Origin: a bacterium
Lineage (GTDB): Bacteria > SAR324 > NAC60-12
NCBI GenBank assembly: GCA_965209155.1
Contig: OZ242383.1
Span: forward strand, 1,632,001-1,696,000
Direction of reading: 5' to 3'
DNA length: 64,000 nucleotides
The position numbers and the translations under genes are program-made. The notes beneath the pieces are model-generated. The model saw only the letters and a program-made list of their open reading frames with translations. It had not been told where the DNA came from and ran no database searches. Each line of letters starts with the position of its first letter. Positions within the stretch are counted from its first letter, which is position 1. Shown piece by piece: positions 37,284 through 47,157 of the stretch.

Positions 37284-37837
37284 GTAACTATTCAGGTATC
37301 TTCAGAGAACCCATCAATTTGAGCACAGATTTTTCCTGGCATAGAGTCCGGAAAGGACTTTATGCTCTCGAAAGTTCAAAAATATATTGATTCCCTTTCA
37401 TCGATTCCCCACCTCGAGGCTCTTCAAGAAGTCAGTCAACTCTTTGAAAAAGAACGAGAGCAATAAAAGCAAGAGCGCTTAGCACTCTGATTTACCTCCC
37501 TGGCAAAGCGTTTACGATCATTATCGCCATTGGAAAAACACTGGATTGTGGAGTGAACCTTCGCTTTTTGGCTCATGATCGTAAAGAAGCGGATCTCCCT
37601 GATTGATAGATTTTTCATTTTTTTTACGAATCCTGCATTTTTTTTTATTTGGGGGTTGACATTATGCAAGTAGTAGTAGTGCTAAAACCATACCATCACT
37701 AAGTTGTTTTAGTGAAAGAAAAGGTTTCCGATCGATGGAACCATATCGTGGGAGGACTTGAAAACGATCGATCCTCTCCGGGAATCTTTTTTAATGATAT
37801 TTAGCTAAACGGGTTTTTCAGAGACCTGAATAGTTAC
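37284..37837 (+). mobile_element. Non-autonomous element (MITE-like) with terminal inverted repeats GTAACTATTCAGG / CCTGAATAGTTAC
   Basis: Perfect 13-bp terminal repeats; body shared with 56718, 57815 and 22600. GTAA...TTAC ends resemble the IS66 family. No target duplication seen. Confidence 0.85.
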
Positions 37838-37869
37838 ATATGAAATTAATTGTATTTGGAGAAATTATT

Positions 37870-39666
37870 ATGAAAAAGATAAAATCGAAAATCGCAATGT
37901 TTAATCTAAACCGCAAATCAACCTTCAGGTCAACCCTGCTGGCCCTCATGCTGGCCCTCATGCTGGCCCTCCTCCTGGGAGGGGCAGGCTTCTTGGGCAG
38001 TCCGGCGGCAGCCCAAGAGCCGCAATATGGTGGGAGCATTACATTCCTGGACGGATATGGGGCGCAGTGGCCGCCTACAGGCTGGGACCCCGCTATAGGT
38101 ATCTGGACGGTACAAAATTGGGTTGAACCGTATCTTGAGACCCTTTTAGCTGCAGACTATGAGAAGTATGGGCCACGCGGCACCAATGAGGCTCCGTTCC
38201 AAATCTCTCAAGGTAATCCTTTAACTATGCTAAAAGGTCGGTTGGCTGAAAGCTGGTCGTTGCCCGATGCGAACACAATTATTTACAAAATACGTCAGGG
38301 CATCATGTGGGGTGAAGTGCCGGGAGTCATGAAATCAAGGGAGCTGACAGCGCAGGATGTAGTTTCTAGCTTATTGCGTAATATGAATGAAGAAATAGCA
38401 CGTAACGGTTTCGGCGCCCGATATTATAAGGTGATGGAGTCGATGACAGCTAAGGATCGGTACACGATTGAAATCAAGTTGGAAAATTTCATAGCTGATT
38501 GGTGGTTGTTTTATGGATACGCCGTTTGGGCTGGGGCGGGCATCATTCCTCCTGAGCTGCTGACGGCGGGGTCAAATGACTGGAAGAATCATCGTGGGAT
38601 CGGGACAGGCCCGTTTTTTCTCGAGGACTACGTGGAAGGCAGCCATATAGAGTACGTAAAGAACCCCAATTACTGGGACTCTCCTATAACTATCAATGGC
38701 AAGGAATACAAGGTTCCGTTTTTGGATGGCTTTCGGAAAACTCTAATACAGGATAAATCCACCCAGATCGCTGCGTTACGAACAGGGAAAATTGACGTGA
38801 TGGATAATGTTCAGAATAAGTACCTCCAGTCACTAAAAACATCAAGTCCCCAAATAAAATATCTAGGGAAAGTGGAGGAGAGAGCCTGGAGAATCGGTAT
38901 GAGGCAGGATAGGAAGCCCTTTGCCGATATCAAGGTGCGGAAAGCTTTAGCCATGGCTATCGATCGACAAGCCGTTACTAACACTGTGTGGGGTGGTGAG
39001 GCAAAGACTTTAAACGCTGAAGTGCATAGCTCAATGGGAGAGGCTTACTTTACAGAGTTGGAGGACCTGCCGCAATCAACTCAGGAGTGTTTTTCGTATA
39101 ACCCTGATCGTGCGAAGCAACTATTAGCCGAGGCGGGCTTCCCAAACGGTTTCGAGTCTACCTTACAAACATTTGCAGGGGAGCCTTTTGAAGATTTGGC
39201 CGCTTTACTGCAAGCTTTCTGGAAGGATATCGGAGTCGGCGTTAAAATTAATGTGCAGGAGTCGACTGCTTTGGAAGGCATATTAAGTGCTAACGATCAT
39301 GAGCCGATTACTTTGATTGTGTACAGTTCAGGTCTTCCGTTTCTTACTCTTTCTGGGCTTTTTAACCCGGATTCCCATTATAATGTAAACGAGGTGGAAT
39401 TACCCGAGTTGAAGGCGATGTACGAACAGGCAGAGAAGACAACGGGCCTAGATGAACAAGCGAAGCAGCTCAAGGAGTTGAACCAGAAGTGGCATGCGGG
39501 TTGTCATTTTGCCTATTTACCAACTCCACTTGTAAGCCTGGCTATCTGGCCATGGGTAGAGAACTACTACGGCGAAGTCAACGATACCGCTACTTTTACT
39601 GTAGGCCATATTTTCTCTCGTGCCTGGCTCAACAGCGATTTAAAGAAAGAAATATTGGGACAGTAA
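37870..39666 (+). CDS. ABC transporter substrate-binding protein, family 5
   Basis: Signal peptide ending AAA/QEPQYGG; GRLAESW, GTGPF, KVRKALAMAIDR, YNPDRAKQLLAEAGFPNGF. Start may be 37840, 37870 or 37897. Confidence 0.92.
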   Translation: MKKIKSKIAMFNLNRKSTFRSTLLALMLALMLALLLGGAGFLGSPAAAQEPQYGGSITFLDGYGAQWPPTGWDPAIGIWTVQNWVEPYLETLLAADYEKYGPRGTNEAPFQISQGNPLTMLKGRLAESWSLPDANTIIYKIRQGIMWGEVPGVMKSRELTAQDVVSSLLRNMNEEIARNGFGARYYKVMESMTAKDRYTIEIKLENFIADWWLFYGYAVWAGAGIIPPELLTAGSNDWKNHRGIGTGPFFLEDYVEGSHIEYVKNPNYWDSPITINGKEYKVPFLDGFRKTLIQDKSTQIAALRTGKIDVMDNVQNKYLQSLKTSSPQIKYLGKVEERAWRIGMRQDRKPFADIKVRKALAMAIDRQAVTNTVWGGEAKTLNAEVHSSMGEAYFTELEDLPQSTQECFSYNPDRAKQLLAEAGFPNGFESTLQTFAGEPFEDLAALLQAFWKDIGVGVKINVQESTALEGILSANDHEPITLIVYSSGLPFLTLSGLFNPDSHYNVNEVELPELKAMYEQAEKTTGLDEQAKQLKELNQKWHAGCHFAYLPTPLVSLAIWPWVENYYGEVNDTATFTVGHIFSRAWLNSDLKKEILGQ

Positions 39667-39676
39667 TGAGCCAATT

Positions 39677-39703
39677 GGGGAATGGGGAGCGGTTTCATTC
39701 CCC
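39677..39703 (+). terminator. Stem-loop after the SBP gene
   Basis: GGGGAATG...CATTCCCC with no long U tract, so possibly an mRNA-stabilising hairpin. Confidence 0.5.
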
Positions 39704-39738
39704 GATTATGATAGGGTAGAGAGGTAAGGGGTTACAAA

Positions 39739-40722
39739 ATGCAAGCCTACATCATCAGGAGAGTACTTCTGATTATACCCACTATCTTCGTAGCGAGTCT
39801 CCTCGTGTTCTTCGCTGTTCGCTTAATTCCCGGCGATATCGTGTCCCTGATGGCATCTGGGAGTATGGGGGTCTGGTCAGAAGCGACCAAAGAGACTATA
39901 AGAGAACGCTTGGGACTGGATGTGCCGAGCTATGTCCAATATGGACGCTGGTTAGGAGTGCTTCGGGACCAATATGGCTCTTTTTCCGGACTTTTTCAAG
40001 GCAGCCTTGGATTATCCCTATGGAGCCAGCAACCTGTGACTGGGATAGTTCTCAGGCGGTTACCAGTCACCTTTGAGCTTGCTCTCTTTTCTATGACATT
40101 AGCCGTCCTGATAGCTCTCCCTATTGGGGTCTATTCAGCGATACGGCAGGACACCCCTGGCGACTACATCGCGCGCAGCTTTGCTATTTTCGCTATCGCG
40201 ATGCCTAACTTCTGGCTGGGGACTCTGGTAATCGTCTTTCCCTCGATTTGGTGGGGGTGGACTCCGCCGATAGAGTATACCAGTTTCACGAAGGACCCGC
40301 TTAAAAACTTGGGGCAGTTCATCGTGCCCTCTCTTGTTTTGGGCATGCTGATGTCGGGGATGGTCATGAGGATGACGCGAACCATGATGCTGGAGGTGCT
40401 CAGGCAAGATTACATCAGGACAGGGTGGTCAAAGGGACTCAAGGAGAAGGTGGTTATCCTCCGGCATGCGCTTCCCAACGCCCTCATTCCGGTGATCACC
40501 GTCATCGGATATATGTTACCGTGGGTGATTGGGGGTTCCATTATCACAGAGAGGATATTCGGCTTACCCGGCCTGGGTCATTTAATGATAGAGGCCGCTA
40601 CCAATAGAGACTATAGCATAATCCAGGGATTAACGATATTTATCGCTATAATTATGGTGCTGGCCATTCTAGTGATTGACTTGACCTACGCCTTTCTTGA
40701 TCCCAGGATTCGGTATAGATAA
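39739..40722 (+). CDS. ABC permease (DppB-like)
   Basis: LIPGDIV, QDYIRTGWSKGL, RHALPNALIPV, LDPRIRY. Confidence 0.93.
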   Translation: MQAYIIRRVLLIIPTIFVASLLVFFAVRLIPGDIVSLMASGSMGVWSEATKETIRERLGLDVPSYVQYGRWLGVLRDQYGSFSGLFQGSLGLSLWSQQPVTGIVLRRLPVTFELALFSMTLAVLIALPIGVYSAIRQDTPGDYIARSFAIFAIAMPNFWLGTLVIVFPSIWWGWTPPIEYTSFTKDPLKNLGQFIVPSLVLGMLMSGMVMRMTRTMMLEVLRQDYIRTGWSKGLKEKVVILRHALPNALIPVITVIGYMLPWVIGGSIITERIFGLPGLGHLMIEAATNRDYSIIQGLTIFIAIIMVLAILVIDLTYAFLDPRIRYR

Positions 40723-40735
40723 GGGGATTATTGCA

Positions 40736-40928
40736 TTACCCACCCCGTCCGCTTCGCGTCCACCCCTCCAAGGAGGGGATTTTCGAGACATTCCCCGAGG
40801 GGGCCGTCGGTGCGCCAAAGCGACATAGAAGCAGTCGACGTGGAACGAACGGTGTAGGGGGTTTTCGAGACATTCTCCTCCTAGGGGGGGTCGGTACGCC
40901 GAAGCGGCCCGAAGGGTGGGGTGGGTCA
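40736..40928. repeat. REP-like palindromic element, expanded relative of 17938-18035
   Basis: Shares TTACCCACCCCGTCCGCT.CGCGTCCACCCCTCC and ends GGGGTGGGTCA. Confidence 0.8.
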
Positions 40929-40975
40929 GACCCAAACCGACAAACTAAAATTGAAAGACCACGAGAAACCTTTAT

Positions 40976-41911
40976 ATGAATGATACCCTAAAAATCCCGC
41001 CCGAAATCAGGGAGCCCAGGCGACGTGCCAGGCTGGTGGTGTTCTTGACCAGGCTGGTCAAAGAGCAACCCCTAGGTCTTATTGGGGGGATTATCGTGCT
41101 GCTCTTTCTTTTTACTGGTATTTTTGCCGATTGGATAGCGCCTTACGGAGTGAACGACATTCACCCGAGAGATTACCTGCATCCCCCCTCATTTAAGTAT
41201 TTCCTCGGGGCGGATAACCTGGGGCGGGACATTTTTAGCCGTATTGTCTTTGGGGCTCGTATCTCGATGATTGTCGGTCTCGGGGCGACTACTCTGGCGA
41301 TCCTGATTGCCTTATTGATCGGGGTCCCGTCCGGGTTTTTCGGCGGTAAGTTCGATATGGTGGTGCAGCGGTTTGTGGATGGCTGGATTTGCTTTCCTCC
41401 GTTCATCATTTTCTTATTTGCCGTCTCTATCGTGGGGCCAGGGATGTGGCAGCTGATTATCGCGATGGGGTTGGTACAAGGGATCGGCGTTTCCAGGATC
41501 ATGAGAAGCGCCGTGATCGCCATTCGAGAGAATATGTATGTAGAAGCGGTGGTGGCGATTGGCAGTCCGACTACGAAAATCATAACCCGACATATCCTGC
41601 CCAACATTATGCCGACCATCATCATCCTATTTTCGGCAACTGTGCCGGGTATGATTTTAGGGGAAGCCGCCCTCAGCTTCCTGGGTTTGGGCATCCCCCC
41701 GCCAGATCCTACCTGGGGAGGAATGCTCAGTGGCTCCGGACGCTCGTATATGTTCCTCTCTCCTTTGATGTCCGTCTGGCCTGGTCTGGCTCTGATGATA
41801 GTCGTCTACGGCCTCAACATTTTCGGTGACGCCCTCAGGGATTTGCTCGACCCCCGGTTGCGGGGCGCTGCAGGGCGCTATGGCGGGGCTCGTCAAAAGA
41901 GAGCTTCATGA
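40976..41911 (+). CDS. ABC permease (DppC-like)
   Basis: LGADNLGRDIFSRIVFGARISM, PTWGGML, GDALRDLLDPR. Confidence 0.93.
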   Translation: MNDTLKIPPEIREPRRRARLVVFLTRLVKEQPLGLIGGIIVLLFLFTGIFADWIAPYGVNDIHPRDYLHPPSFKYFLGADNLGRDIFSRIVFGARISMIVGLGATTLAILIALLIGVPSGFFGGKFDMVVQRFVDGWICFPPFIIFLFAVSIVGPGMWQLIIAMGLVQGIGVSRIMRSAVIAIRENMYVEAVVAIGSPTTKIITRHILPNIMPTIIILFSATVPGMILGEAALSFLGLGIPPPDPTWGGMLSGSGRSYMFLSPLMSVWPGLALMIVVYGLNIFGDALRDLLDPRLRGAAGRYGGARQKRAS

Positions 41912-41927
41912 TTTTTGGAGAAGACAC

Positions 41928-43067
41928 ATGAGCAAGCGAGTAGCAATTATTGGTGAATCAGGCAATGGGGACTATGGACATTGGTTAGACAAGGCCTTTG
42001 TGGGCGTGGAAGGCGCCGAGATCGTCGCTTTGGCCGACTCGGATGAGGCTGGACGCAAAAAACATATGGAAATCACCGGCGCTTTGAGGGGTTATGCCGA
42101 TTATCATGAAATGTTGAAGACCGAAAAACCGGACATTGCGGTGATCGCTCCCCATGAATTGAACCTTTACCTGCCCATGGTGCTGGCGGCAGCCGAACAG
42201 GGAGCCCATGTTTATGTCGAAAAACCACTCGCGGCAACTGTGGGAGCCGTGGATGCCATGATGGAGGCGTGTGAGAAGGCAGGCGTTCTCCTGGTGACAG
42301 CCCTTCCCTGGCGGGGGCATCCGGAGATTCAAAAAAAGGCCATTCCACTGCTCAAGGAGGGGGAAATTGGGATCCCGCAATGGGCTCGGATTCACGGTCC
42401 CGCTCCGACGTGGGCCCCTGAATATGGAGATTGGGTTGTCTTTAGCGGGGACATGTGGATGTTCGATCTCTTTCCCCATCACTACGATTTCATCTTTCAA
42501 ATTTTTGGAACCCCGCTTTGGTGCCAGTCCCTCATCACGCAGGATGGCCGTCCGGCAACCTCTGCCGACCTCACCCCTGGAAATTTCGGGTTGAAATGGA
42601 CCGCGGGTAATGGGATTTTGGCACACTACCAATTTGATGGATTCATTGCCGAATTTGTCTCCATCCTGGGTTCCAATCACGGTCAGGAGCGGGGAAGAGC
42701 CACCCTGTATGGTATCGAAATCCATGGCACCACGGGCACTCTCTTTCTCCCTGGTGCGACCTGGGATGGACCGGACATCTATTACCACCCCCATGCCCAC
42801 CCGACCATTCCCGGAGATGATCTCTGGGAGGTGCTGGTGGACAATACCCTCTCTGCCCGGGAAAAATGGCTCAATGCCCACCACCGCTCGGCCCGCGCCA
42901 TGATAGACATGATTGATGGAAAACCCCCGGAATATGAACTTTGTCTGGGTCCCGCTGCCCGCATCAGCACCGAAATGGCCATCGCGGCCCGTGTGTCTCA
43001 CATTAAGGGAGCCCGGGTCCCCTTTTCCCTGGAGGAAAAGGGCGACCCCTTCGAGACATGGAAGTAA
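41928..43067 (+). CDS. Gfo/Idh/MocA family oxidoreductase
   Basis: MSKRVAIIG, GAHVYVEKPLA, IEIHGTTG; GGAG RBS before ATG 41928. Confidence 0.9.
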   Translation: MSKRVAIIGESGNGDYGHWLDKAFVGVEGAEIVALADSDEAGRKKHMEITGALRGYADYHEMLKTEKPDIAVIAPHELNLYLPMVLAAAEQGAHVYVEKPLAATVGAVDAMMEACEKAGVLLVTALPWRGHPEIQKKAIPLLKEGEIGIPQWARIHGPAPTWAPEYGDWVVFSGDMWMFDLFPHHYDFIFQIFGTPLWCQSLITQDGRPATSADLTPGNFGLKWTAGNGILAHYQFDGFIAEFVSILGSNHGQERGRATLYGIEIHGTTGTLFLPGATWDGPDIYYHPHAHPTIPGDDLWEVLVDNTLSAREKWLNAHHRSARAMIDMIDGKPPEYELCLGPAARISTEMAIAARVSHIKGARVPFSLEEKGDPFETWK

Positions 43068-43098
43068 TAATTCTTTATTTTTGGAAAGGAAACGCAAC

Positions 43099-44127
43099 AT
43101 GGCAAAAAATTACACACTCCTCATCGGCACCGTCGGTCAAGGGCTGAACGTGAGTGCCGATGGCGGTGAATCCTGGACCCCCATCTATCAGCCTATGTGG
43201 CATGAGTCCAACGTCAGGGCGTTGTGCGTGGATCCATCCAACCCCCGGCGGGTATTGGCCGGGGTTGATGGTCATCAATTATTACCCTCATCTCAAGTGG
43301 GCGTTTTCCGCAGCGAAGACGGCGGGGTGACCTGGGAAAATCTGGATGCCCCCACAGCGGGCCTTGAAATCTGGTCGGTCACTGTAGATCCCACGGACCC
43401 GGACACCCTATTCGTAGGTACGCGACCCGAGGGATTCCGCTCCAGGGATGGGGGAAAGACTTGGAGCAAGCTTCAAATGGGCGTAACCATGAAGAGCCCC
43501 CTGTCTCCTGCACTTCCTGACTCGCCGCCGCGGACCACCTGCATGATGGTAGATCCCAGGGACAACCACACCATCTGGGCTGGCATGGAGGTTGACGGGG
43601 TTTACAAGAGCCTGGATGGCGGCGACACCTGGGTCCACCTTCCCGACCTGGGGCCTAACCCCTTCCATGGCGACATTCACAGTATGGCTCTGAAGACTGG
43701 CGCCCATTCCGCAGTCTACTGTACCTCGCCCTTTGGCATCGCCACCAGCCACGACGAAGGCGAAAGCTGGGATTACCACAATTTTCCTAAGTTCCATGAA
43801 TCAGATGGCGGGTCCTACTGCCGCGGCATGGTCATCAAAGCGGATAACCCCGATGTTATGTTTGTTGGCAACGGCGACACGATTCCCGGTGTCACCGGTG
43901 CCGTGCAGCGCACCCAGGATGCCGGGAAAAGTTGGCAACCGGTGTCCCTGCCAGTAGAACCCAACTCCCATATCTATGGGATGGCCACTCACAAGGAGCG
44001 GCCCAACGTAATCGTTGCGACCAGCTTCTATGGCTACGTGTACCTGAGCGAAGACGGAGGTGATTCCTGGCAAAAGCTGCAAAAGGAGTTTGGCGAGGTC
44101 CGTTCTGTGGCCTTGCTGCCAAACTAG
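43099..44127 (+). CDS. BNR/Asp-box beta-propeller protein without signal peptide
   Basis: Repeated S.DGG.TW motifs (SADGGESW, SEDGGVTW, SRDGGKTW, SLDGGDTW, SEDGGDSW). Confidence 0.88.
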   Translation: MAKNYTLLIGTVGQGLNVSADGGESWTPIYQPMWHESNVRALCVDPSNPRRVLAGVDGHQLLPSSQVGVFRSEDGGVTWENLDAPTAGLEIWSVTVDPTDPDTLFVGTRPEGFRSRDGGKTWSKLQMGVTMKSPLSPALPDSPPRTTCMMVDPRDNHTIWAGMEVDGVYKSLDGGDTWVHLPDLGPNPFHGDIHSMALKTGAHSAVYCTSPFGIATSHDEGESWDYHNFPKFHESDGGSYCRGMVIKADNPDVMFVGNGDTIPGVTGAVQRTQDAGKSWQPVSLPVEPNSHIYGMATHKERPNVIVATSFYGYVYLSEDGGDSWQKLQKEFGEVRSVALLPN

Positions 44128-44214
44128 CTTACGAACTTTTGCCCTACGGTTCTGGGGCTTCTGACAGAGACTACCATGCTTGGTATACGATCAAACAATT
44201 TTAGGAGGTAATCA

Positions 44215-44880
44215 ATGAAGCTACTGATGATTTCTGGAGGGATGGACCACCCCTTTGTGGTAACCACACCCATTATTGAAGATTTTCTGAAGGCGGCCGG
44301 TCATGATGTTCGCGTTACGGAAGACGCTTCCGTCCTTAAAGAGCCTGTCAACATGAAAAGCTACGATGCGCTGGTCTTCAATACGAAACGGGAATCCATC
44401 TTTCGTTTCAACCACGGACTTTTTAACTGGTCCGAAAAAGAACAAGTTGGGATAAAAGAATTTATAAGCTCGGGTAAAGGCCTCGTCTGTCTCCACATCT
44501 CCTGTTATTTGGATTTAAGCTGGCCGGATTACCACGACATTACCGGCGGAGGCTGGATCGACTATAAAAGCCACCATTCACCTTACGGCGAGGTCATCGT
44601 GAACGTAAGCGACCCGAAACATCCGGGGATCCACGGCGTAGCAGACTTCACGACAGACGATGAACTTTACATGGGCATGGGGTGCAGAGACGATAATGAT
44701 GTCTTCATCACTGGGACAACTGAAGATTTTCCGGGAGGGGCCTTTCCCTTAGGGTGGACTCGCAAGTATGGCGATGGAAAAGTCTTCGTTTTATTGCTGG
44801 GGCATGATGGCCAGAGTTGCCAGACCGTGGAATTTCAGAAGATCGTTCTGAATGGGGTGGACTGGGTCACTGGTGGGTAA
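44215..44880 (+). CDS. ThuA domain-containing protein
   Basis: GKGLVCLH, HPGIHGVADF..DELY, WTRKYGDGKVF..LGHD, NGVDW. Confidence 0.85.
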   Translation: MKLLMISGGMDHPFVVTTPIIEDFLKAAGHDVRVTEDASVLKEPVNMKSYDALVFNTKRESIFRFNHGLFNWSEKEQVGIKEFISSGKGLVCLHISCYLDLSWPDYHDITGGGWIDYKSHHSPYGEVIVNVSDPKHPGIHGVADFTTDDELYMGMGCRDDNDVFITGTTEDFPGGAFPLGWTRKYGDGKVFVLLLGHDGQSCQTVEFQKIVLNGVDWVTGG

Positions 44881-44935
44881 ACCAAAGAAGGCATTGACAG
44901 TCCCCAGGTTAGCGGCATGTGTGTCAGGTTAAGCG

Positions 44936-45042
44936 ATTCCCCCTTTTTTTCAAAGGGGGTTAGGGCCGTCCGCGGAAGCGGGATTTTTTAGGTGGAATCG
45001 CCATTGAAATCCCCCCTGGCCCCCCTTTGCAAAGGGGGGAAT
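44936..45042. repeat. REP-like palindrome (TCCCCCTTT..AAAGGGGG type)
   Basis: ATTCCCCCTTT...AAAGGGGG and CCCCCTTTGCAAAGGGGGGAAT inverted arms. Confidence 0.8.
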
Positions 45043-45139
45043 ATTCTCTGTAAATTCAATAGGGTATAAGATGTGTCCAGTGTCAAATCCCTGTAGGGGG
45101 AGACAAACTACCATCAATCATCAATAAAAGAGGGAAATC

Positions 45140-45880
45140 ATGAGACTGAAAGACAAGGTCGCTTTTATCAGTGGAGGAGCCAGGGGTATTGGCGCAGGGA
45201 TTGCCAAGCTGTTTGCCAGGGAGGGGGCCAATGTGGTCATTGGAGACGTGCTGGAAGAAGAAGGGCGTCAGACCGAGACCGAAATTAATGAAACCGGTGG
45301 CGAGTGCTTCTTCGTCCGGTTAGATGTCACCAGCGAGGCCGGGTGGCAGCATGCCGTGGCGTCCACGGTCGCCCGCTTCGGGAAACTGAACGTGCTGGTG
45401 AACAATGCGGGTACTTGCCGATTCGCTCGGGTGGAGGAGATCACCAGCGAGCAGTGGGATCGGGATTTGGATATAAATGCCAAGGGTGCATTTCTGGGGA
45501 CAAAACACGCCATCCCCGAGATGCGGAAAGCGGGTGGTGGCTCCATGATCAACATCTCTACGATTGGTGCGCTGGGACTAGCCGACAAGGTGACGTCGTG
45601 CACCTACGGCATGTCCAAGTCTGCGATGCGTAGTTTGACCAAGTCCACCGCTATTCAATACGCCTCGGAAGGGATCCGCGTCAACTCCATACTTCCGGGC
45701 GTCATCGAAACAATGATGACCGCCGACAGAGCGCAGGAGCTGTTGAAGAAGATTCCTCTGGGCCGTTTGGGCCAGCCGGAAGAGGTGGCCTACGGTGCCC
45801 TTTACCTGGCTTCGGACGAGTCCTCTTATGTCACCGGCAGCGATTTGGTCATTGACGCTGGAGTAATCGCAGGGGGGTGA
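45140..45880 (+). CDS. Short-chain dehydrogenase/reductase (classical SDR)
   Basis: SGGARGIG, NNAG, YGMSK, IRVNSILPG. Confidence 0.93.
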   Translation: MRLKDKVAFISGGARGIGAGIAKLFAREGANVVIGDVLEEEGRQTETEINETGGECFFVRLDVTSEAGWQHAVASTVARFGKLNVLVNNAGTCRFARVEEITSEQWDRDLDINAKGAFLGTKHAIPEMRKAGGGSMINISTIGALGLADKVTSCTYGMSKSAMRSLTKSTAIQYASEGIRVNSILPGVIETMMTADRAQELLKKIPLGRLGQPEEVAYGALYLASDESSYVTGSDLVIDAGVIAGG

Positions 45881-45926
45881 TGGGTAAGTAAGGAATTTAT
45901 GCTGCAATTTAAAATGATTGCAGATG

Positions 45927-45980
45927 CACCCCCCTCCCCTAGCTCGCTTCCGCGTACGGCTCCCACGAGGAGAGGGGAGC
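45927..45980. repeat. Short REP-like palindrome (CCCCCTCCCCTAG...GAGAGGGG)
   Basis: GC-rich inverted arms in the intergenic space. Confidence 0.55.
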
Positions 45981-46008
45981 CATTTAACTGAATTCTTAGG
46001 AGCTATCT

Positions 46009-47094
46009 ATGCCAATATTGACGAAACATCAGATCGTCCGTATAACAGATGTGATGTTGCAGGCGGGAGGCGCCCTGGCCGGCCACGCCAGTATCGTGGC
46101 GGACCACCTGGCCCAGGCCAATCTTGCGGGATACGATTCCCATGGGTTCATTCGCCTACCCCAGTACCTGAAAGAAATTGAGGAAGGCGTGGTCGATCCA
46201 AGGGCAGAGCCGGAAGTCGTTGGCAACCATGGGGCGATCCTCCAGATCGATGGCCATTCTACCTTCGGACAGGTGGTTGCCACACGAGCGACCGAAATGG
46301 CGATCGAGCAGGCCCTTAATCATGGTGTCAGCTTGGTGAGTATGGGAAACCGGACTCATACAGGTCGCATCGGAACCTACCCTGAAATGGCAGCAGCGGC
46401 CGGCTTGGCGGCCATCATGTTCACGGGCTGGGCGGGAAAACCGTGGGCCCCCCTGGTTCCCTTTGGTGGACGCGAGGGCCGACTCGGCTCAAACCCTTTA
46501 GCGATGGCATTTCCTCATGCCGAAGGCGCCCCGGTCCTGCTTGATATTTCTGCCTCGATCACCTCTGAGGGCAAGATCCGGGTCTACCGTAATCAGGAAC
46601 AGGAGCTGCCGGATACTTGGATCATTGATAAGCACGGGGTCCCCAGTCGGAACCCGAACGATTTCTACGAGGGGGGTGCCCAATTTCCCCTCGGTGGCCT
46701 GCAAGGCGGCTACAAGGGATATGCGCTCGCGGTCATGATCGCGCTTTTCGGGGGGCTTCTGGGCCAGATCGCTGTTCCTCATGGAAAAACTTATATGGCA
46801 GAAATGTGTGAAGGATCCACGATACTCGCCATCGATATAGGCCGCATGGCGCCCCTGGAAACCATCCGGGCCGAGGTCCAACAGATGATGAAATACCTTC
46901 AAGACTCCCCCCCGATGGAAGGATCGAGCGGGGTTGTCTTTCCGGGAGAAAGATCCGCCAAGACGCGCCAGGAGCGATTGGCCCAGGGCATCCCGGTGGA
47001 TCCCACCACTTGGGCTCAGGTAGAAGCCCTCTTCGACCCTTACGGGGTCCGTGACCAATTGGCCGATGTCCTTCCCTCTGGAGGACATTTCTAG
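46009..47094 (+). CDS. Ldh_2 family oxidoreductase (malate/L-lactate/sulfolactate dehydrogenase-like)
   Basis: GYDSHGF.RL, HTGRIG.Y, PFGGREGRLGSNP, GYKGYALA, PGE. Confidence 0.9.
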   Translation: MPILTKHQIVRITDVMLQAGGALAGHASIVADHLAQANLAGYDSHGFIRLPQYLKEIEEGVVDPRAEPEVVGNHGAILQIDGHSTFGQVVATRATEMAIEQALNHGVSLVSMGNRTHTGRIGTYPEMAAAAGLAAIMFTGWAGKPWAPLVPFGGREGRLGSNPLAMAFPHAEGAPVLLDISASITSEGKIRVYRNQEQELPDTWIIDKHGVPSRNPNDFYEGGAQFPLGGLQGGYKGYALAVMIALFGGLLGQIAVPHGKTYMAEMCEGSTILAIDIGRMAPLETIRAEVQQMMKYLQDSPPMEGSSGVVFPGERSAKTRQERLAQGIPVDPTTWAQVEALFDPYGVRDQLADVLPSGGHF

Positions 47095-47157
47095 AATGGC
47101 CATAGAGATTAGGATCGAAAAAGACCTTATCCTATATTATTGGCTTGAAAAGGGGTC

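Noticed and set aside
37276..37845. Target-site duplications for the GTAACTATTCAGG elements
   Set aside because: Flanks of 37284-37837, 57815-58145 and 56718-58145 show no matching 8-bp duplication, so an IS66 assignment is left tentative.
37937..37975. 12-bp tandem repeat CTGGCCCTCATG in the SBP signal peptide
   Set aside because: An in-frame low-copy repeat that only lengthens the hydrophobic core; not a phase-variation tract.
41985..43100. 371-aa minus-strand ORF
   Set aside because: Antisense to the Gfo/Idh/MocA gene, with no motifs.
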